Part shown: positions 8,038 through 14,339 of the stretch, piece after piece
Layout of the letters: each line of letters opens with the position of its first letter
Numbering within the stretch: the stretch's first letter is position 1
DNA from: a virus
IMG/VR virus record: IMGVR_UViG_3300015265_000006
Coordinates: 1 to 41,630 of that record
Reading direction: 5' to 3' (one strand)
DNA: 41,630 bases
The notes under the pieces: generated by a model
What the model was told of the DNA's origin: nothing
Databases searched by the model: none
Seen by the model: only the letters and a program-made list of their open reading frames with translations
Made by a program: the position numbers and the translations under genes

Positions 8038-8289
8038 ATGGGGGACGAATCAGAAATTATCTATATCGATGGACTGGGGCGGATGCTCGGCAGAACGGAA
8101 GCGGCGGTGCGCCAGGGCTTGAGTCGTGGCGTCGACTGGCTGCCCAAGAGCTTCAAGATGGGAAGCCGGCATTGCTGGCTACGGGAAGACGTGCGGGAGT
8201 TCTTGCGGGGATGTCGAGACGGGGAGAACAAGGCGCCGAAGGTCGGCAGGAAGCGGTTGCCGCCTCCGACACTGCGCGGGGTGGCGTGA
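8038..8289 (+). CDS. xis: Excisionase / AlpA-like HTH protein
   Basis: ORF track, 83 aa. Pattern ...LGRTEAAVRQGLSRG..LPKSFKMGSRHCWLREDVREFL fits AlpA/Xis-type HTH. Lies directly beside int. Confidence 0.6.
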   Translation: MGDESEIIYIDGLGRMLGRTEAAVRQGLSRGVDWLPKSFKMGSRHCWLREDVREFLRGCRDGENKAPKVGRKRLPPPTLRGVA

Positions 8290-8291
8290 TG

Positions 8292-9269
8292 CTACCCCAG
8301 CTTCTCGGCGAGGTTGCTCGGGCAAAGGTGCGTGTATCGGCGAAGCATCGACAGAGTTTTGTGTCCGGTGATGCTCGCCACCTCCATCATGGAAAGTCCG
8401 CGCTCGAACATCCGGCTCGTTGCTTCATGGCGCATATCGTGAAGGCGGAGGTCTTTGATCTTCGCCGCCTCGCACGCCAGCGCGAAATAGTTGCTCACGC
8501 TGTCCAGCTTCAGATGAAAGAACCGGCCGCCGTCGATGGGCGTCGGCAATCCCTCCAAGAGTTCCACCGCGCGCTTCGATAGCGGAACGGATCGGCGCTC
8601 GCCATTCTTCGTGTCTTCGAGGAATGCAACCCTCCCCCGGATTTGATCCTTCCTGAGCATGACCAGCTCAGACCGGCGCATGGCCGTCTCTACGGCAAGT
8701 TCAATAATCACTGGAAGCTCGGCGTTGATGTCGCCTGCGTGCTTGTACAGCGCCTTCAGCTCGGCAGAAGTTGGCCGGCGCTCGCGCTGCTTGCTGCCCT
8801 TCGGCATCCGGATTGCGGTGCACGGGTTTTTCAGCCCCTGGATGCCCCAATCTTTCGCTGCGACGGTATAGAGGTGACTGATCAGCGCCAAATTTAGCCG
8901 GACGGTGGCGGTGGACTTCCCGGCCTTCAGCTCAGCATCACGGTACGCGGCCATGTCACTTGAGCGGATTGCGGCCAACGACTTGGTGCCCCACTCCGAC
9001 TTCTGCCACTTCTTGGCCCGCACCTTTTCCTGCGCCGATCCCTTCTTCGACTCGCTCACCTCATTGACGTAGCGTTCCAGCGCTTCGCTGAGCGTGGTGC
9101 TTTCCGCCTCTCGGGTGTCGACGAATCGCTTGCGCGACATATCCCCCTCAACTTCGGCAGCCCAGCGCTGGGCTTCTGCCTTGGTGTCGAAGGTGGCGGA
9201 GAGGGTTGGATATCCCTTGCGTCGAATCTGGGCGCGCCATGCGTCGCCGCGTTTTTCGTAATAGGCCAT
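8292..9269 (-). CDS. int: Tyrosine recombinase / phage integrase
   Basis: ORF 8292..9350. C-terminal catalytic pattern ...LHDMRHEATSRM...GHKTLSMLRRYTH. Start set at ATG 9269 (MAYYEKRGDAWRAQIRRKG) because 9291-9335 carries the same repeats as noncoding 9547-9577. ATG 9314 is an alternative. Confidence 0.85.
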   Translation of the reverse strand: MAYYEKRGDAWRAQIRRKGYPTLSATFDTKAEAQRWAAEVEGDMSRKRFVDTREAESTTLSEALERYVNEVSESKKGSAQEKVRAKKWQKSEWGTKSLAAIRSSDMAAYRDAELKAGKSTATVRLNLALISHLYTVAAKDWGIQGLKNPCTAIRMPKGSKQRERRPTSAELKALYKHAGDINAELPVIIELAVETAMRRSELVMLRKDQIRGRVAFLEDTKNGERRSVPLSKRAVELLEGLPTPIDGGRFFHLKLDSVSNYFALACEAAKIKDLRLHDMRHEATSRMFERGLSMMEVASITGHKTLSMLRRYTHLCPSNLAEKLG

Positions 9270-9348
9270 TCTGGAATATTGGCGGGTGCTTGGGGGAATC
9301 GCAAGAGAAGCCATTCCCCCCGATTTCCCCCAATCTACAACCAAATGC

Positions 9349-9385
9349 AAAAAGGCCCCGAGGCGGTTAAGCGCTCTGGGCCTTT
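9349..9385 (-). terminator. Intrinsic terminator downstream of the tRNA-derived segment
   Basis: Minus strand reads AAAGGCCC-(19 nt)-GGGCCTTT followed by TTTTT. The long loop has inner pairing. Confidence 0.5.
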
Positions 9386-9390
9386 AAATA

Positions 9391-9462
9391 TGGCGGAGAG
9401 ATAGGGATTCGAACCCTAGGTACCGGTGAAGGTACAACGGATTTCGAATCCGTTTTCGACCA
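9391..9462 (-). other. Truncated tRNA-Ser(CGA): 3' part only (attP core)
   Basis: Minus strand reads ACGGA-TTCGAAA-TCCGT (anticodon CGA), then a long variable arm GTACC..GGTAC, T arm TAGGG-TTCGAAT-CCCTA, and acceptor 3' strand TCTCTCC-G-CCA. No complementary GGAGAGA 5' acceptor strand lies upstream. Confidence 0.75.
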
Positions 9463-9611
9463 TAATGATCGCTGGCCGCATTTCCTGCGACCCCCTTAAG
9501 GGCCTATCTTTCGATGCATCACCGTCACACATGATTAATCATGTTTTGGGGGAATCATTGCACCAGATTTCCCCCAACACCATCTAAGGCGTTCTGCCGA
9601 ACAAATTCCCA

Positions 9612-11117
9612 TCAGCTTGGCATCCACCTCAGACGAGATAGCATCACTTCAGTCGGCGAACCGGATACGCTCTTAATGACAAGATTGCCCAAGGGAGTGA
9701 GCACGCAAAGGATGCTACCCGTATTGCACTCAAGAGATATCGACTCATTAAGCAACGGCCCGCAATTGGCTACCGCGCTGAATACATTGAGGATGGTCGT
9801 CCCTGCTGAGAGTGTCCCGGGCTTTATCGACCCGCGACCAGAGATATAGCCCGACTCTTCCACGACAAGTTGAGGCGGCATGTAGGAAGGATCAAAATTC
9901 AACCATCCATTTTGCAGGACAAGGTTTCGCCCGATGCCTGTGAACTCTGTCCACGTCCCTGGGGCGCTGCTGATACTGTGCCGGCGATGGACTTTGATGA
10001 CGCTGCGGTTATCGGCCGTCAGCTCTTGCGTTACGACACCGTCTACAGATTTCTCTACAACCACGATGCCGCTGGATGGCCAACCAGCCAGCTCCGCACG
10101 GTAGATTGAGCGTCCCAGCGGGAAGTCAGCCGGCGCGGCGTATATCGAAAGCTGCATATGCGCAGCGCAGATATTACGGTAACCGTTGGTTGCACGCTGA
10201 CTCAGGCAGCTAGGGAAAATATATTCAGCCAGCTTGCCCCAAATCCACATGTTTCCAAACGCATTCGGATGGATGTTGGTGTCGACCTCTACGCCGTCCT
10301 GCTGGACGTATTTCAGGGTGTCCATCCAGAGATAAGCGGAATTTCTTGAATCCCGGTAAAGGGCATAGATGTCAAGGAAATAGCACTGAAACTCCCTGGC
10401 GAGACGACGGTAAACGGGGGCGATCTGCTCGTGCCACAACTGTGACCTGCCGTTGGGCCAGTCACTTGTGCTGTTTGAGCCCTTTATGATGATGGTCAGG
10501 CTCTGAACATTTCGTGCGTCACGGACGGTCTTGAGGCGTGCCGCCATGTTGTTGTAGAAGTCTTCAGCCGTCCCAACCGCTGGATCATTGATCCCGTAGC
10601 TGACGATGATGCACTTCGTGGAAAGGTCAGAAACAATGCTGCTTGTGTCCCACTGATAGGCGGTTGTTCCGCTGACGGCGAGGTTCGTAACAGACATCCC
10701 GGCGACGCCGCGAGCCAACGCCTGATCAACCAGAATTTTTTGCGGTTTGTAATCAGCAGGAACGCCAACACCAAAAACGGTGCTGTCGCCATACAACTTT
10801 ATTTTTACGCTCCCCTGCATGGAAATTTCGTTGTGAAGCGCGTAGAGATATTCTTTGCCGCAATCGTAAGTCAGCTGGTCAGCATAGCTATTAATTATAT
10901 TGAAAGAAGATGATAACGTCGAAGTCTGCTCAACTAAATCTCCGCCAAGAAAAACGATTCCTGTTGGATTAGGTACTTTGCCAACGTAATGCGTGCCGGG
11001 CGGGAGGATTATCGTCTTGGCACCAGCCGCTTTTGCATTGGTTATCGCAGTGGTGAGATTTGCAGTTGTAACGCCTGAACCAATGAACGCATCATCAAAA
11101 CTGTTGCTCATATTCAT
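9612..11117 (-). CDS. SGNH/GDSL-type esterase with fibre/receptor-binding-like ends (putative tail spike/fibre)
   Basis: ORF track, 501 aa. Block I LYGDSTVFG and block III SYGINDP. N-terminus AITNAKAAGAKTIILPPGTHYV is pectate-lyase-fold-like. C-terminus LQNGWLNF...GYISGRGSIKPG is fibre-tip-like. AT-richer than its neighbours. Confidence 0.7.
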   Translation of the reverse strand: MNMSNSFDDAFIGSGVTTANLTTAITNAKAAGAKTIILPPGTHYVGKVPNPTGIVFLGGDLVEQTSTLSSSFNIINSYADQLTYDCGKEYLYALHNEISMQGSVKIKLYGDSTVFGVGVPADYKPQKILVDQALARGVAGMSVTNLAVSGTTAYQWDTSSIVSDLSTKCIIVSYGINDPAVGTAEDFYNNMAARLKTVRDARNVQSLTIIIKGSNSTSDWPNGRSQLWHEQIAPVYRRLAREFQCYFLDIYALYRDSRNSAYLWMDTLKYVQQDGVEVDTNIHPNAFGNMWIWGKLAEYIFPSCLSQRATNGYRNICAAHMQLSIYAAPADFPLGRSIYRAELAGWPSSGIVVVEKSVDGVVTQELTADNRSVIKVHRRHSISSAPGTWTEFTGIGRNLVLQNGWLNFDPSYMPPQLVVEESGYISGRGSIKPGTLSAGTTILNVFSAVANCGPLLNESISLECNTGSILCVLTPLGNLVIKSVSGSPTEVMLSRLRWMPS

Positions 11118-11145
11118 ACTCGGTGAATTGACGGGCTGAAGTGTT

Positions 11146-11661
11146 TTATTTCGTCAATGAATCAAACGATTGCTCGCAAGTTATTCCTCGGGCATGGCTG
11201 TCCTGAGCATATCCTGCCAGCTCGCCCGCTCTTTCATCAGCGCGCTTGAACACGTCGGCAAGCACCATGACGGCACGGGAAGCTGCCGCGCTTGTGGCGG
11301 CAGTGCAGGAATGGCCGCCGGCCTGAATGGCTGCGAGGCGAGCGGCAAGCTTGTCGGCTGTGAGCTGCACGCCGTTACGAGAAGCGCGCTCAGCAGCAGC
11401 GTCAGCAGTGAGTTGATCGATCGTGCGCTGGCCATCTTGAACCACCTTGTCTATTGCATGTTGGTAGGATTGTTCGCGCGCCCGTGCGGCAGACTCGTTT
11501 GCGGCCCGGGCGGCGACGTCCAGCGTGTCGCGAGCTGACCATTTGGCCTGCCATGTTGCGTCTGTGACGCTTACGCCGTGATGGTAGGCGCCGAACAGAG
11601 CGCCAAGCACCAGCAGCACGGCGGCTATATAAGGAAGAATTCGCAGGCAGACGGCGCTCAT
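11146..11661 (-). CDS. Rz: Rz-like inner-membrane spanin
   Basis: ORF track, 171 aa. N-terminal TM segment ILPYIAAVLLVLGALFGAY followed by a coiled coil. ATGA overlap with the endolysin stop. Confidence 0.8.
   Translation of the reverse strand: MSAVCLRILPYIAAVLLVLGALFGAYHHGVSVTDATWQAKWSARDTLDVAARAANESAARAREQSYQHAIDKVVQDGQRTIDQLTADAAAERASRNGVQLTADKLAARLAAIQAGGHSCTAATSAAASRAVMVLADVFKRADERAGELAGYAQDSHARGITCEQSFDSLTK
11181..11435 (-). CDS. Rz1: Rz1-like outer-membrane lipoprotein spanin, embedded in Rz
   Basis: ORF track, 84 aa, in a different frame wholly inside Rz. Signal peptide plus lipobox LLVTAC. Pro-rich mature part. Confidence 0.75.
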   Translation of the reverse strand: MASARSINSLLTLLLSALLVTACSSQPTSLPLASQPFRPAAIPALPPQARQLPVPSWCLPTCSSALMKERASWQDMLRTAMPEE

Positions 11662-12080
11662 GGCACGTCCTTGTAAAAGGCGTGACCGCCCAACTTCAGA
11701 GTCTGCTTGGCCTTCGCGGCCCAGGCCGGGGCCTTGATGCTGGTAGCGTAGTAATGCGTGGCGCCGCCGGTAGGGTCAGGCACCTTGTCGTCGATCACCT
11801 GGTCTGCAGCGATTCGGCATTGCGCCAGCTCGCGAAACGGGATCTGTTTAACACCGATCAGAAACTGATAGTTCGGATCGGTCTTGTTCCAGCAACTAAA
11901 CTGCCACGGCTTTTGGCACACCCCGGCGTAACCCTCACCCCACCACGATTTTTCCTTGCCGTCGAATACGCGATTTTTGATAGCCCAGGCCACGGCAATT
12001 TGGCCGGGTGTTCCCTCACCGCGCGCTTCTCCCCAGATCGTGCGCGCCAAGATATCGCGGTCTTTTTCTGATACAGACAT
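11658..12080 (-). CDS. Endolysin, SleB/Hydrolase_2-type cell-wall hydrolase
   Basis: ORF track, 140 aa. Contains ILARTIWGEARGEG...AVAWAIKNRV...CQKPWQFSCWN. No signal or SAR segment. Confidence 0.8.
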   Translation of the reverse strand: MSVSEKDRDILARTIWGEARGEGTPGQIAVAWAIKNRVFDGKEKSWWGEGYAGVCQKPWQFSCWNKTDPNYQFLIGVKQIPFRELAQCRIAADQVIDDKVPDPTGGATHYYATSIKAPAWAAKAKQTLKLGGHAFYKDVP

Positions 12081-12163
12081 AACTTTTCTCCAGATGAATA
12101 AGACTGGCCTGAGAATTCAGGTTAATATTTGGCAAAATGCAGATTCATAAAAGGGACTTTCCA

Positions 12164-13276
12164 ATGCACAATAAAAACCTGGACGGCCTGCGGGGCTGGG
12201 CAGCCTTCATAGTGGTGATCTACCACGCCATACTTCATTTCGACACTGAAAGTTGGTTGCGGCTAGCAATGGCGCCCATGTCATCGTTCAGCGGTTTGAA
12301 TGACTGGGTAACAGGACTCTCATTAGTGATATTCAACGGCGACACTGCTGTTGTTGTGTTCTTTGTTATGAGCGGAGTTGTTTTGCATGAGTCATTGATG
12401 AGGTCAAAAGAAAACTGGCTCAAGACATCGGCTATATTCATGCTAAAACGAGCATTCCGAGTTTATCCAACCGTTATTTTTGCTGTTGTTTTTCTGGTTT
12501 TGTTGATTGAAGCTTATAAAATCCTTGGCATCCCGGCCGCAAGATTCTCCATGACGGATATCGTTCAGAACATGACATTACAGGGGAATGTTTTGCTCGG
12601 AGTATCTTGGACGCTGACAGTGGAAATACTGGCGATAGTTTTCATCCTCCCTGTTTTTTTCTTGACCCGATCGTTCGGAGTGCTTGCCACGATGCTGGCG
12701 GCTGCCTACGCCATGCTGGCTATCGACAACCCTGTACTGGTGTTGAAAGTCGACAACATGCATCAAGCAATGCTGGCATTCATTGCAGGGATGTCCGTCG
12801 CCTTACCGCAAGCGCAGAAGTTCTTTGCAAGGTTCGGCCCGCTTGCATGGATACCAATCCTGTTGCTGCTGGTCTTCGGTAGTCACGTAAATGCCGCTTG
12901 GCAAACATCGTCCGTGATCCTGCGCATCATGGCAGCGACTATGCTGGTCGGAATCATGCGCCACTCCAGAAGCTCTGGCCTTGACCAGTTCCTGACGTGC
13001 AAATTATCCCAGTTCCTTGGGAGGATCAGTTTCAGCTTCTATCTGCTCGCTGCGGTAGTGATGTACGCAGTATTCACCCTCACGCCAAGTCTGCCGGCGC
13101 ACTACGCAGTGCTGGCAGGGATTCCCTACGGGCTGCTCATAGCCGCCATCACCACGCCCATGGCCGCACTGACTTACATGATGATCGAAGCCCCCGCCAT
13201 GCGGTTTTCTAGGCAATGCGCTAAAGCTGTATCAGGTCAGCGGGCCGCGCCTGTTACGCCAGCGCCAGATCGATAG
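12164..13276 (+). CDS. Acyltransferase family 3 membrane protein (O-antigen/polysaccharide O-acetylase-like)
   Basis: ORF 12137..13276. ATG 12164 follows AGGGA. N-terminus LDGLRGWAAFIVVIYH plus about 10 hydrophobic segments. AT-rich. Opposite strand to the surrounding late genes. Confidence 0.85.
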   Translation: MHNKNLDGLRGWAAFIVVIYHAILHFDTESWLRLAMAPMSSFSGLNDWVTGLSLVIFNGDTAVVVFFVMSGVVLHESLMRSKENWLKTSAIFMLKRAFRVYPTVIFAVVFLVLLIEAYKILGIPAARFSMTDIVQNMTLQGNVLLGVSWTLTVEILAIVFILPVFFLTRSFGVLATMLAAAYAMLAIDNPVLVLKVDNMHQAMLAFIAGMSVALPQAQKFFARFGPLAWIPILLLLVFGSHVNAAWQTSSVILRIMAATMLVGIMRHSRSSGLDQFLTCKLSQFLGRISFSFYLLAAVVMYAVFTLTPSLPAHYAVLAGIPYGLLIAAITTPMAALTYMMIEAPAMRFSRQCAKAVSGQRAAPVTPAPDR

Positions 13277-13439
13277 GAGGGGTGTATATATCCCCGTCGT
13301 ATGCCCAGCCGGGGCCAGTTGTTTCGCCAGGCTTCAGCATAATCGCCACCGAACCCTCTGGTGGGTTCCAATCGCTTTCTCCATCCCACTCTACAACGTT
13401 TTCGACGACGCCTTCACGCACGACTGCATAAGCTGCCAA
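13254..13439 (-). CDS. Small conserved phage protein downstream of the fibre gene
   Basis: ORF track, 61 aa. TTG start with GGGAG 9 nt upstream. The pattern AAYAVVREGVVENVVEWDG...WNPPEG recurs after phage fibre genes. Its 3' end overlaps the acyltransferase 3' end convergently. Confidence 0.55.
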   Translation of the reverse strand: MAAYAVVREGVVENVVEWDGESDWNPPEGSVAIMLKPGETTGPGWAYDGDIYTPPIDLALA

Positions 13440-14204
13440 TTATGAATACTCCCAAATAATAAGGATTCCCCCAGCACCGACACCGCCGTTGTATGGCCCG
13501 GATGATGGGCCGGCGAGCGCGCCAGTTGCGCCAGTGCCCCGGTTGGAGCCATTGGTACCATTGCCAAAGCTCCCTGTTGGTCCAGGCCCATATTGTGATT
13601 GAGCGCCGGCCACGTTGAAGATAATCGTTGTACTCTGGGCCAGTTGCGCTTGAGCTACAAACCCAGAGGCCGAAACGATATTCCCACCTGTAATTGAGAT
13701 TCCCCCAGCACTCGAACCGCCACTTGATCCAGGAGGCGTAAAGCCCACGCCGGCACCGCCACCAGCCCCGCCGCTTGCGCTGATAATGGCGCCAAGGCTT
13801 GTGGTGCCACCGGTACCACCGACGCCGCCAGCGGTACCGCCAGCGCCGATAGTGATAGTTGCCCCAGAGAACCCCGTAGTGAATCGCCCCTTGGCATACG
13901 CGCCACTGCCGCCGTTACCTCCGGATGAGATTTGTCCAGCACCGGCTGCGTTCGCCCCGCCACCACCGCCACCACCGCCGATGCATTCGGCAATAATCGA
14001 AGTAGTACCAGTTGTCGGGGTATAGGTGCCGCTGGTGGTGAAAACCCGAACATTTAGGAGTCTGCCCGGGTTATCGCGCAGAATGGCGATGTAAGATGCG
14101 TATGTGCGCAGATAGTCGTCGATTAGTCCCGGAGATTCCGAGCCGGCCGGGCTATTGCTGCCAGCAATTTGTGACAGATCGTTGATCGAGGAAGGGAGCG
14201 GCAT
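13440..14204 (-). CDS. Glycine-rich tail fibre-like protein
   Basis: ORF track, 254 aa. N-terminus LPSSINDLSQIAGSNSPAG...DDYLRTYASYIAILRD, then Gly-rich repeats including a G8 run. Confidence 0.7.
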   Translation of the reverse strand: MPLPSSINDLSQIAGSNSPAGSESPGLIDDYLRTYASYIAILRDNPGRLLNVRVFTTSGTYTPTTGTTSIIAECIGGGGGGGGANAAGAGQISSGGNGGSGAYAKGRFTTGFSGATITIGAGGTAGGVGGTGGTTSLGAIISASGGAGGGAGVGFTPPGSSGGSSAGGISITGGNIVSASGFVAQAQLAQSTTIIFNVAGAQSQYGPGPTGSFGNGTNGSNRGTGATGALAGPSSGPYNGGVGAGGILIIWEYS

Positions 14205-14217
14205 GTTTTGTCATCCC

Positions 14218-14244
14218 AATAAAAAGCCCGCACTAGGCGGGCTT
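14218..14244 (-). terminator. Intrinsic terminator upstream of the fibre gene
   Basis: Minus strand reads AAGCCCGC-CTAGT-GCGGGCTT then TTTATT. This is 20/21 identical to the cI terminator hairpin. Confidence 0.6.
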
Positions 14245-14339
14245 GGAGGTGTTGGTGGAATTCGGATTTACTGACTTCATGATCTGGAAGGGCGTAGCGG
14301 TTGTTTTGGCGTTCTGGATCTACTGCTTCTGGCGTGGAC

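Larger units (their letters stand above)
9285..9580. other. attP region: tRNA-derived core flanked by arm-type repeats
   Basis: TGGGGGAATC occurs at 9291-9300 and 9547-9556 (+). GATTTCCCCCAA occurs at 9322-9333 and 9566-9577, which reads TTGGGGGAAATC on the minus strand. A perfect 16-bp palindrome ACATGATTAATCATGT lies at 9529-9544. Confidence 0.7.

Noticed and set aside
8172-8582. 136-aa plus-strand ORF continuing past xis
   Set aside because: It is antisense to the conserved catalytic C-terminus of the integrase, out of frame with xis, and has no start context.
9391-9480. Possible complete tRNA-Ser gene
   Set aside because: Only the anticodon arm, variable arm, T arm and 3' acceptor strand are present. 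The sequence upstream (…GCGGCCAGCGATCATTATGGTCGAAA) cannot pair with TCTCTCC, so it is an attP core fragment rather than a functional tRNA.
13786-14025. Pro-rich 79-aa ORF and the apparent periodic GGN/CCN repeats (also 17439-17861)
   Set aside because: These are the antisense reading of Gly- and Gly/Ala-rich structural genes. The periodicity is coding low complexity, not a CRISPR array or tandem-repeat element. There are no spacers or conserved repeat units.
13440-14204. Diversity-generating retroelement near the fibre gene, as in some related temperate podophages
   Set aside because: No reverse transcriptase ORF and no template/variable repeat pair could be found anywhere in the window.
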